Virus record (IMG/VR): IMGVR_UViG_3300025133_000038
Coordinates: 55,351-119,350 of that record
Direction: 5' to 3' (one strand)
Length of the DNA stretch: 64,000 bases
Origin: a virus
The notes below the pieces were generated by a model. The model was not told where the DNA came from. It ran no database searches and saw only the letters and a list, made by a program, of their open reading frames with translations. Both the position numbers and the translations under genes were made by a program. Positions 36,272-45,600 of the stretch are shown here, piece after piece (the stretch's first letter is position 1; the number at the start of each line of letters is the position of its first letter).

Positions 36272-36693
36272 AGATTCAAATAACTAAGGAACAACCTGCT
36301 ACTAAAGAGCCTGACGTAGTACCTGTTCATCCAGACGAGATAGATATTGTTGAAGATGGTAGCTGCGAACTAATTAGGTTAAGTCAAACCCTTGACTATT
36401 GCCCAACTCCAGTTCGTAATGAACTATTCGAAAAAGTCCTCAAAAAAGTAAGGTATGAAGGTACTGTTTGCATCTCTGGATTAGACATTATCTCTTTTGG
36501 ACTAGGTATAGCCAATGGTAAATATGATATTGATGAAATAAACCTTCTTTTGTTCTCAGGAGGGCAGTCTATCTCAGACTTAGGAACAACTAAGGCTATT
36601 TTACTACAAAAAGATTTTGTTATCAAGAAGACTAGGTTCGATGGGGATATGTACTTCATTGAAGCTCAGAGACCAGGACCATCAAATGAGTAA
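36268..36693 (+). CDS. truncated class I SAM-methyltransferase-like protein
   Basis: DGSCELI...TLDY...KKVRYEGTV matches the post-motif-I part of the MTase fold; no GxG motif I. Confidence 0.45.
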   Translation: MKIQITKEQPATKEPDVVPVHPDEIDIVEDGSCELIRLSQTLDYCPTPVRNELFEKVLKKVRYEGTVCISGLDIISFGLGIANGKYDIDEINLLLFSGGQSISDLGTTKAILLQKDFVIKKTRFDGDMYFIEAQRPGPSNE

Positions 36694-37495
36694 AACTAAA
36701 GAAACTAAAGACACTGTATGTCAAGGATGCGTCTTTATTAGTGAGTCTAATAGGTGTGAGGCTCACATGCTAAGCTCTGCTGAAAACGCAGGTCTTGACG
36801 TTGTAGAATGTTGGAATGAAGAGGGTGAGTTTAATGTCATTCCAGGACGAAAGTGTACTATGAAAAGACCTGCTTCTTGGGCAGCGAAACAAGGTGTTGA
36901 TATTCGAAATAGTGATGTTGTACAGACCCCTCCAAGCACTAAAGAATTAATAGCTTATGCTCAGGCCGAGATGAAAGTAGATTTCTCTGCTATGGTTGTA
37001 TGTCAAAAAGATACTACTATTGAAGACATCGCCCAAACACTACAAAGCCTAGTCGCTCAAGAGCATGAACCTGTATTCGTTGGGGTTGTAAGAGAACACG
37101 CATGTAAGGTTGACCCTAAAGACATCTTTTTACTTATTAATGCTATGGGATTCGATGAATGGAAGATTGAAAACCCTGTAGATGGAAGAAATGGTAGAAA
37201 AGCTGTTGAAGGTATCTTAAAGTTTAAATTAACCACCTATTTTGCCACCTTTAAGGCTGGTCGTAATGTAGATGAAAACTTCTTCTCTGATTTAAACTAT
37301 AAAATTACTAGAGAATGGTTTACTTTTGCTATTATCAAGAACGACAAAGACCCTATTGACGGGGTCGTGGTCCCTAGTCTTATTTACAAATACTTTGGAA
37401 ACAACTTCGATAAGCTCGAAGAAATAATAGAGGAAGAGGCTCAAACATGTCAGGGAATACTGAACATACAGCAGATAAACAAGACATTCCAGTAA
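36686..37495 (+). CDS. hypothetical protein (Cys-rich N-term, GT-A-like C-term)
   Basis: CQGCVF...C...C; IAQTLQSLVAQ resembles the GT2 'L.SL..Q' helix. Confidence 0.55.
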   Translation: MSKTKETKDTVCQGCVFISESNRCEAHMLSSAENAGLDVVECWNEEGEFNVIPGRKCTMKRPASWAAKQGVDIRNSDVVQTPPSTKELIAYAQAEMKVDFSAMVVCQKDTTIEDIAQTLQSLVAQEHEPVFVGVVREHACKVDPKDIFLLINAMGFDEWKIENPVDGRNGRKAVEGILKFKLTTYFATFKAGRNVDENFFSDLNYKITREWFTFAIIKNDKDPIDGVVVPSLIYKYFGNNFDKLEEIIEEEAQTCQGILNIQQINKTFQ

Positions 37496-38007
37496 TACTA
37501 CTGGTCCATAGAGCAAAAGCAGGGTTGATAAAACAAACCTATGAGAACCTAATGATTATTTCCTCTGGAGAAGGTAGTGCGGCAGAATTTTTCCAAGCAA
37601 ATATCAAAGAGGATAAGGCAGAAGCTCTCTATGGTTTTCTTTCAGAGCATGACTACCTAGCTACAGAAGACGCTATAGAAAAAATAGCAAAACTTCTTAT
37701 CGAAGACCCATATATAGGAGCAGTATATTGCGACGGAATAATTAGGGCTCATAATGATACTCCTCAAATATTCCCTCCTTTTTCAAAGGAATCCTATACT
37801 ACTTGTATTATTAACACTCCTTTGTTCGCTCAACATAACCTTTTACAAGAATGGGACGAGGAGCTAAACTCTACATATTTTTATGACTATTATAAGAAAC
37901 TTGGTGCTACTACACTAGTAGGACATATTCCAGAACAACTAATTTTAACAAAGTATAATCCTACATCGTCAGAAGAAATTCAAAAGGTAAGAGAAAAGCA
38001 TGGGTAA
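37447..38007 (+). CDS. degenerate GT2-like protein
   Basis: FLSEHDYL (DxD position), GAVYCD, WDEEL...YD...HIPEQL. Confidence 0.55.
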   Translation: MSGNTEHTADKQDIPVILLVHRAKAGLIKQTYENLMIISSGEGSAAEFFQANIKEDKAEALYGFLSEHDYLATEDAIEKIAKLLIEDPYIGAVYCDGIIRAHNDTPQIFPPFSKESYTTCIINTPLFAQHNLLQEWDEELNSTYFYDYYKKLGATTLVGHIPEQLILTKYNPTSSEEIQKVREKHG

Positions 38008-38722
38008 AGCTAAGAGAAATGTTGCTGCTATCTCATCACCCAGTAAGCAAAAATATAGTATTATCATACCTGCTGCGGGTCAGGGACAACGAATGAAGTC
38101 GTATGGAGCTAAGCCTCTTATAAAACTTGGTGACAAAACGCTTATTCAACACCAACTAGATAGAATTAAGAAAGCTTTTACTCAGTATAAAGTTACTGTT
38201 GTAACAGGATTTCAATCTACTAAGGTTGAAAAGAACCTTCCTAAAGGCATAGACCATATAGAAAACCCTTACTACGAACATACAAATGTAGCATATAGCA
38301 TTTCTCTAGGTATGAGTCGTGCAGAAACAGAGAATGTTCTCATCATCTATGGAGATTTGGCGTTTAATAGGGCGGCTTTGAAACTGCCTCTTATGGGAGA
38401 ATCTCTTATCTCTATAGACACCTCTGGGCAGATGAAGAAGGATGAGGTTGGTTGTGTAGTTCATAACAATCTCGTAACCAATATGATGTATGGCCTTCCT
38501 CTTAAATGGGGTCAGATGATGTTCTTAACAGGCAAGGAGCTGAAACTCTGGAAGGAAATAGTAACAAGTCAAGACTGTTCCAAGTGGTATGGCTTTGAGG
38601 TGTTGAATGAGATAATAAACAGAGGTGGAAGCCTTAGGGCATTTACCCCTAAAAATGCAGTAAGCACAGATATAGACACATCTAAAGATATAGAAAGAGC
38701 AAGAAAAATATGCGAACTATAG
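38000..38722 (+). CDS. nucleotidyltransferase (LicC/GlmU-like sugar- or choline-phosphate NTP transferase)
   Basis: IIPAAGQGQRMKSYGAKPLI, VVTGF, ENPYYEHTN, IIYGDL, DIDT..D. Confidence 0.85.
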   Translation: MGKAKRNVAAISSPSKQKYSIIIPAAGQGQRMKSYGAKPLIKLGDKTLIQHQLDRIKKAFTQYKVTVVTGFQSTKVEKNLPKGIDHIENPYYEHTNVAYSISLGMSRAETENVLIIYGDLAFNRAALKLPLMGESLISIDTSGQMKKDEVGCVVHNNLVTNMMYGLPLKWGQMMFLTGKELKLWKEIVTSQDCSKWYGFEVLNEIINRGGSLRAFTPKNAVSTDIDTSKDIERARKICEL

Positions 38723-39585
38723 TAACCATTTATTCAGATTCTCAGCCAGCAGATGGGATTATGTCTACCCTATCTGCCTTAGACGCTAAGAATGAGAACT
38801 TTAGGGTAGTAGACTGGAACCCTAATGTTAAACCAGCCTTTGATATGTTTGCTGAGCTTAATCCAGACCTTATTATTTCGGACGCAACCAATACCCCTAA
38901 CCTATCTGGAGCCCTGAAGGAGTATAGTTGTAAGACAGTAGTCTGCGGTAGTATGCCGCCAGCGAGTTTGGAGCCAGACCTTCTTCTCCTGCCTGAATCT
39001 ATTCCAGAAATGATAATAAAACATTGTACCCTTCCATATTTACAGGTTAAAAACGCTGCAAATTATGCTAAGTTTAGAGGGGGCAAACGAGATAGAAAAA
39101 AACAAGCAGACATCTTGTATTTTGCTAGTCATAAAGAGGCTCAGAGTCAAGAAGCAGACATATTAAGCATATTGTCTGGTCTACCTTACAGTTTTCGCGT
39201 CGTTGGACACAAAAGACCCTTACTACAGTATGTTGGGGCGACAACACTACAAGAAACTGCGGATTTCATGGCTTCTTCTAAAATAGTTATTGATATTGGG
39301 GGTTTTCAGCTACATGACATAGCTATGCAAAAGGGATTTTGTCTTTCCAATGTTGAAAATGGCCTATATCCATGCTTACACAGTCTTGACCCTGAAAAGA
39401 TAGAAGAACAGGTCGAAGACCTTCTTTCTCAGGACAAGAAGCGAGATTCAATTGCTAAAAAAGCCTATAAAGAGACAGTGTCTAAGGATACTTACTTTCA
39501 TAGGTTATCAGAGGCATTTATCCTACTAGGGTGGGATGATGAGGCTAAAGAAGTAACAAAAACACTAAAGGAATTGACTGAATAA
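38710..39585 (+). CDS. CgeB/YkvP-like GT-B glycosyltransferase
   Basis: SSKIVID...IAKKAYKETVSKDTYFHRL C-terminal signature. Confidence 0.65.
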   Translation: MRTIVTIYSDSQPADGIMSTLSALDAKNENFRVVDWNPNVKPAFDMFAELNPDLIISDATNTPNLSGALKEYSCKTVVCGSMPPASLEPDLLLLPESIPEMIIKHCTLPYLQVKNAANYAKFRGGKRDRKKQADILYFASHKEAQSQEADILSILSGLPYSFRVVGHKRPLLQYVGATTLQETADFMASSKIVIDIGGFQLHDIAMQKGFCLSNVENGLYPCLHSLDPEKIEEQVEDLLSQDKKRDSIAKKAYKETVSKDTYFHRLSEAFILLGWDDEAKEVTKTLKELTE

Positions 39586-40064
39586 TGATAAGAGCAGGCT
39601 TCTTAATAGATGCACTGGGTGCATCGCAGCAATCTATAGCTTTAACGTCCCAGATGAACGAACTGATGGCTCAGAAGGCGAATTACAGCATGTGTCTGTT
39701 CTACAGAAACTATGACAGGTCGCTAATTTCTCCTCATTTTGCCATGTTTAGCGAATATGTGGCATGGTCCTTTAGCGGGATAGCTATTGCCACCGATATT
39801 AAATCAGCAAAGACGCTTTTGAAGTGTCCTGGCCCCAAAAAGAAGTTCTTCTATGTGTGGAGTACTGAGTGGGCTTTTAACAACAGGTTGAGTTATTCAG
39901 ACTTAGCCAAAGTATACCAAGCGGACGATATGCAGTTAATAGTGAGGAGTGAGTCGCACTACGACATCGTTTCTAAGCTATGGCAGAGGCCCGCAAAGAT
40001 AATAGAGGAGTTTAACTATGAGCAAGTTGCCGATTTCCTTACAGAAGAAAGCCAAGGACTATAA
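39585..40064 (+). CDS. hypothetical protein (GT-B N-terminal-domain-like)
   Basis: IAIATD...KKFFYVWSTEW...LIVRS. Confidence 0.55.
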   Translation: MIRAGFLIDALGASQQSIALTSQMNELMAQKANYSMCLFYRNYDRSLISPHFAMFSEYVAWSFSGIAIATDIKSAKTLLKCPGPKKKFFYVWSTEWAFNNRLSYSDLAKVYQADDMQLIVRSESHYDIVSKLWQRPAKIIEEFNYEQVADFLTEESQGL

Positions 40065-40863
40065 AAACCTTAGTGATGCAGCGAAAGAGAAGCTGTTGAG
40101 GGAACTTTACGTAAACAGGGAGATGAGCTACCCACAAATAGCTGAAGTTGTGGATTCCTACGCTAAGAAGGTTAGTCGGGACGCCAAGAAGTTGGGTATT
40201 GAGTCTCGTACACTAGCAGAAGCACAAAGTCTGGCTCTAAAAACTGGACGTAGGACTCATCCTACTGAAGGTAAGGGGCATAGTGAGGAGTCTAAGTTGA
40301 GAATTAGTGAGAAAATGGCCTCTACATGGGACCAATTAACAGAAACAGAGAAGGAACATCGCTCTCAGATTGGTAAAGACCACTGGAATAGCTTCTCAGA
40401 GGAGAAAAAGGCCGAAATGAGACAGGCGGCGGGCGATGCCGTGAGACAAGCCTCAAAAGATGGGTCTAAATTGGAAAAATTTATCTACGAAACCTTGACA
40501 AACGCAGGAATCGTCGTAGAATTTCATAAGGAGAGGATGGTTGTCAATCAGCGACTACAGGTTGACCTTTTCCTGCCTGAGCTTAATACTGCTATTGAAG
40601 TAGATGGCCCATCTCACTTTAAACCCATATGGGGACAAGAGACATTGGACCGTAATAGACGGGCTGATAACCAAAAGGCGGGTTTGATACTTGCTCAAGG
40701 TTGTTGCTTAATAAGACTTAGGCAAACGCAGTCCTTATCTCAACACTATAAGAGAGAGGTTGCGAAGAATTTACTAGAAGAAGTACTGAAGATTAAGAAA
40801 AAGTTCCCTGCTAGGGGACATCGTTTAATTATTATTGGAGGTGAAGAGAATGACGAAGAATAA
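40018..40863 (+). CDS. HTH + NUMOD3-like + Vsr/DUF559 endonuclease
   Basis: LYVNREMSYPQIAE HTH; GKGHSEESKLRISE; VDLFLPELNTAIEVDGPSH. Confidence 0.75.
   Translation: MSKLPISLQKKAKDYKNLSDAAKEKLLRELYVNREMSYPQIAEVVDSYAKKVSRDAKKLGIESRTLAEAQSLALKTGRRTHPTEGKGHSEESKLRISEKMASTWDQLTETEKEHRSQIGKDHWNSFSEEKKAEMRQAAGDAVRQASKDGSKLEKFIYETLTNAGIVVEFHKERMVVNQRLQVDLFLPELNTAIEVDGPSHFKPIWGQETLDRNRRADNQKAGLILAQGCCLIRLRQTQSLSQHYKREVAKNLLEEVLKIKKKFPARGHRLIIIGGEENDEE
40492..40522 (+). promoter_or_regulatory. internal class-1 promoter ACCTTGACA-N16-TAGAAT
   Basis: TTGACA 40495-40500, TAGAAT 40517-40522; preceded by an AT-rich tract. Confidence 0.55.
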
Positions 40864-41638
40864 AGACGACGCTGTTTTGGATGATTTCGATTTGGACCAA
40901 TGTGAACCAGTTGAAGAGGAAGAAGCTCAAAGTATCGACCTTGAGGGTGAGGAGAAGATGACTCCTGTTCATCCTAATTGGACACAATATGTGTTGGACC
41001 AACTTGAGGACCATGAGAAGGTGGGGAATGCCCCAACAACTGATGGGCTTAGGCGTATTTGCGAGCGTGTGTTTGGTGAGATTATTAGTAGTGAGACAAG
41101 GATTCTTCAGTGTCCTACTGTAGAGAACCAACGTCATGCTAGTGTGACAGTAGAACTTCTTATTAACAGATATGGCGTTCCCCCTGGTATGAATCCAGAG
41201 AGGGCGGTCATGGGTGCTGCTGATGTCTATTGGGGCAACACAGAGGCTCCTTATTGTAACCACTCAGTTGCTACTGCCGAAACTAGAGCAGAGGGACGAG
41301 CGATACGAAGAGCAATGAGATTGACGAAAGTCATTGTTGCAGAGGAGAACAGCGCGGTTGTTGAACATGACTATTCTGACAAGTCCGAGGCATCGCCTCA
41401 AGCTGATGGTTTTGTTAGTGTGGCTCAGGTTAACAGTGTGGGAGTTGTGTGTAAAAGACTTAACGTAAATGTTGATAAATTTGTCAACAAAGAGTACTCT
41501 TATGCACATAATATTAGAGAGGTTAAGTACACCGACTTCTTTGATTTACTAGCCAAGCTAAATGGCTATCAGGGTGAAGACGGTATTGGTATCCCAGAAG
41601 ACGTAGAGGGATACAACGAAGATTGGCGTTCTAAATAG
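40850..41638 (+). CDS. Rad52/Sak-like single-strand annealing protein
   Basis: GLRRICERVFG...beta strands...ATAETRAEGRAIRRAM; GGAGG SD. Confidence 0.55.
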   Translation: MTKNKDDAVLDDFDLDQCEPVEEEEAQSIDLEGEEKMTPVHPNWTQYVLDQLEDHEKVGNAPTTDGLRRICERVFGEIISSETRILQCPTVENQRHASVTVELLINRYGVPPGMNPERAVMGAADVYWGNTEAPYCNHSVATAETRAEGRAIRRAMRLTKVIVAEENSAVVEHDYSDKSEASPQADGFVSVAQVNSVGVVCKRLNVNVDKFVNKEYSYAHNIREVKYTDFFDLLAKLNGYQGEDGIGIPEDVEGYNEDWRSK

Positions 41639-41649
41639 GGAACAATTTT

Positions 41650-41997
41650 ATGAGTAAGATGAAGGTAAACTACAAGGCGAAACCAAACCTAGTTATTGAG
41701 TTTGAGGCCGCAGGGCAAAAAGAGTTGTTTGAAGAGATGGCTGGGTTGCAAGAAATCCTTAACCATAGCTGTCAACGAGACGGATGTAAGGGTAAGGATA
41801 CTAAGCTCCATTACGCTGTCCGAGAAGTTGAAGGCAACAAGTTCTACGAACTAAAATGTGAGTGTGGTGGAGCCCTGGGCTTCGGTTCTCACAAGGTTGG
41901 TGGAACACTATTCCCACAGAAGAAAGACCAAGAGGGAGAATGGCTTCCTTACAACGGTTGGACCAAGTGGAACAACGAAACTAAGAAGAGAGAGTAA
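41650..41997 (+). CDS. hypothetical Zn-binding protein
   Basis: CQRDGC...CECGG, GWTKW. Confidence 0.7.
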   Translation: MSKMKVNYKAKPNLVIEFEAAGQKELFEEMAGLQEILNHSCQRDGCKGKDTKLHYAVREVEGNKFYELKCECGGALGFGSHKVGGTLFPQKKDQEGEWLPYNGWTKWNNETKKRE

Positions 41998-42019
41998 CAC
42001 ACTATCTCCAAGAGTGTTT

Positions 42020-42056
42020 AAGGGTGGTAGGGCTTATGTCCTACTGCCCTTTTTTT
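42020..42056 (+). terminator. Rho-independent terminator at the convergence of the + and - strand arms
   Basis: AGGGTGGTAGGGC-TTAT-GTCCTACTGCCCT-TTTTTT. Confidence 0.9.
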
Positions 42057-42633
42057 ATGTACCAAAGGGATGGGCGGTAAAGTTTCCGTTTGTACAAAAA
42101 GCCCCGCCGTTCCAATTCATCTGAAACGAACCCCCTGTTAAGTCTATCGCCCCGCTACAACCACCTGGGATTGCAGTGGGATAACTAGCAGAAGCCGTAA
42201 TAGCTGAGGCTCCTGGGTGACCACTACAAGCTCCTGAAGCAGCTTCTCTTAATTTAAACAATATATTACAACTAGTTTCATGTACCAGTAAATGCATTTG
42301 TTTATTGTCGAATATTCCACTACAATTACCAGGAGAGCTATAAACATCACTAGAAGAAGACCATATTTGATAGTCCGTTCCACCACAAGTTGCCGCTCCT
42401 ACATAAGTTACAGGAAGTCTAACATTCATTATAGTAGCACAGTCCGAACAACTATTGCTACCAAACCCTATTCCTTCTACGTCAAAAGTTTCGGGAAATG
42501 TGCAACTACAAATAGTAGGAGGCCCACCTCCTCCCCCTTCACAAGAAGGACACGATGGGCAAAATGATATTCCTTCATTTCTCATTATAATTCCTGAGTC
42601 ATCATTATATATCCAAGGTCCACCAGTTGGCAT
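42055..42633 (-). CDS. Cys/Gly/Ser-rich tail-tip accessory protein
   Basis: Last gene of tail operon; many Cys residues. Confidence 0.55.
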   Translation of the reverse strand: MPTGGPWIYNDDSGIIMRNEGISFCPSCPSCEGGGGGPPTICSCTFPETFDVEGIGFGSNSCSDCATIMNVRLPVTYVGAATCGGTDYQIWSSSSDVYSSPGNCSGIFDNKQMHLLVHETSCNILFKLREAASGACSGHPGASAITASASYPTAIPGGCSGAIDLTGGSFQMNWNGGAFCTNGNFTAHPFGT

Positions 42634-42635
42634 AA

Positions 42636-45600
42636 TTAAGCTCCTGAACAGTCTACTATTGGCACTCTAACTAAACAACCATCAGTATCTACACCCAAGA
42701 CATAAGCAACCCCAGTACCACTAGCTATTGGGGCACTATTAACATCTATTCCCATTACAATGCTACAGGCATCTGAACCAGTGTCTGCTACTAATCCTGC
42801 TCCAAGCTCAATATTACTTATCAAGTTAGAGGCTGAAACATCTCCAGAACTAATACATGTATTGTTTTGAGTAATGCTTAATCCTGCGCCAATTTTAATT
42901 TCACAATCATTATCCCCATCTTCTACATGTAAACCCCCATGAAATTCGATAGCATTCATTAGACCAGGATTAGCAGATAAAGTTCCTGTTAAACAACCGC
43001 TTCCTGTGGAAGGGGTAAATCCAGCATTAAGAACAATGCTTGATGGGTTACAACAAGCATCCACCCCAGTATCAACAGCAAAATTGTTAACAAGGTCAAG
43101 GCCCTTTCCTACAACAATATGTCTAACGTCGTATGCTGTTAAACTAGACTCACCAACCGTTGCTCCTGTTGGACAGCCAGTTCCATCATAAAAAGTAACA
43201 CCCTTCTGGGGTTGATTGACGATATTATAACTACAGTCTTCAGCGTCATAATCAGCCATGATAGTGTCACCAGAGCAGGCTGTAACACCAATAAGATTGT
43301 CTACATAAAAGGCTGCATCAAAAGGATTTCCACTACAATCATATCTTGTTGTATTATCTGTAAGATGACATAGTGCTGAGCCACCAGGGCATAGGTCTTC
43401 TTGCAATATACCATGAACCAATGTATAGGCTGGTGGAGATACCCAAACAGCCCTATCCCTATCGTAACGTAAGTCGATTGGTGCTACGGGCCAAGTCTGA
43501 GGCTGTCTCAAGTGGTCATCAAGAAATTTACACTCTAGATTAGAAGAAGTAAAAGTTCCAGTGCTTGCATTGGCATAAGTATCTGCTTTATTCGGTACAG
43601 GAAAACCATCTAAATCATAGCCCCACGCCTGCATTAGAATAGGTCCACGAGTAGCAAACATTCTATAGTCGTCTTGATAGTCCCCGCTCTCTTGGCTTGC
43701 ATTGTCTACATATCCCTGAATGGGCATCACCATACTAGACGCTGGTGGACCATCACCAGTACCAGAACCTTGACGACCAATAATCTCTATATGATGACCA
43801 CGGTCAGTAGTATCACTCCTGTTTGTAGAAATCTGACTTCTTTGTTTACCAGCAGGATTAGTGAATGGGTTCAAGTAATCAATATCAATAGTTGGATTGT
43901 ATTCGTCCAAAGCTCCACCAGCAGCACCTTGTTTATCCATTGGTGGCTGAGCCCTACGAGGATGACCAGAGGTACACCCAGCATCAGGAGTAGCATACTG
44001 AGGAAGACCACCATCACCATCCATAGAGACAGGCATAATCAGTCCGTCCCAAGACATAAAGGCTTTTGTATCATACCTAGCGAACTCTGTTACCATTTCT
44101 CTAGCTGATTCGTCTGCTATATTAGACCTTCTAAAGTTTGTTCCAGTACCCCAAGGGTTTGAAGAACCAACCAAGACTACGTGAGGGGTTGATGATTCTT
44201 TTGAACCATCTTGGTTTAATCTTATCCCAAAATTATTCTTTCTGAATGTAGCAAGATTTTGAGATGATTGACTCCTAGCTTTTATTCTTTGTCTATTAAA
44301 AGCTCTCATCTCTTTACTAGCATTTAACCGATTTTGCCCTGCTGCTTTTAGTCTATCGGCATTATACTTAGCGAACCTGCCAAACTTAGGGGTATAAGTC
44401 CTCATTGTATAGGTTGTGGTAAACCCACTAACACCCACACTAGTGGTTACCCCTGTAATATTAGGCCCGTATGTGCCGTCCCATGAGCCAATAGTAGTAC
44501 TGACATACTGACCATAAGAACCACCCGTAACAGTAAGAGTTCTATTCTCATATAGGTTGTTTCCACCACCATTAAAAGGACCGGCTCCAGCGAATCCATT
44601 TGCAGCGCTTGCAGATAGAAGCTCAGCACCAATCGGAACAGTTGGATAACCAGGGATGTTTAAACTACCCTTCTCTCCAACCTGCATAGAGGTAATACCC
44701 TCTGTGGACAGTAGTCCACCAGCAGTATTCATACCAGAGTAACTACCGTATGACCAAGGAACAAGACCTTCTTCGTGAACTACATTTGCTTTTCCTGCAA
44801 CAGTAGAAGAACCATAAGGACCATATTTCAAAGCATTACTCTTAATGCCAACAGCCGCAGCAATAGGCATTTTTGACTTATATCCATATTCCCCATATAC
44901 ACCTCGTCCACCAACCTTTTTCAGTGCTTCTTTCTCTCTTTCTGCCATAGCAGCCTTAGCTACCTCTGTTGAGTTTTCGATAGCAGGAGCCCAATCTATT
45001 AACTTTCCTTCTCCTTCGTCCTCAACGTCGTCAACATTACCAGAAATAGTTAATATAGCTCGGGGAGAAGCAAGGGTGTATTTGTTAGTATAAACAAAGT
45101 CAGCTTCTATCTGAGCTTTGACCCACAAGTCTTTATTGACCGCATCTACTACGAACTCGTCAGGATTAAGAGAAGCAAAATCTGTCTTATCTGCACTATC
45201 AAACCTCACAAAATTCATAAACCTACCATCTTCATGGCGAAAATAATCAGCAGCAACAGAAGGATTAGTTATTCCTATTACAGTAGACAGTTCTGTCCAA
45301 CCACCATCACTAGGTTCCTCACTGGTTTGAATCTCCCCACCCCATCCAACAAAAGCAGCATCTTGACTGGTTGCTATATATCCACAAGAATTAGGGACTA
45401 GAACTTGAAACTTCTTGCCGTAAAATTCGGTAGCATAATTATGAACAAAATCAAAAACCTTTTGTAAAGCCCATCTCAGCTTATCATCATCTACATCACC
45501 AGCTTTAAACTGCGCCCCACCAAGATTAACTATATCAGTAGCCTGAATTTCATCAACAGGGATTCCAGTTAAAGCCTGAAGCATGTCTAGTCTAATTTTA

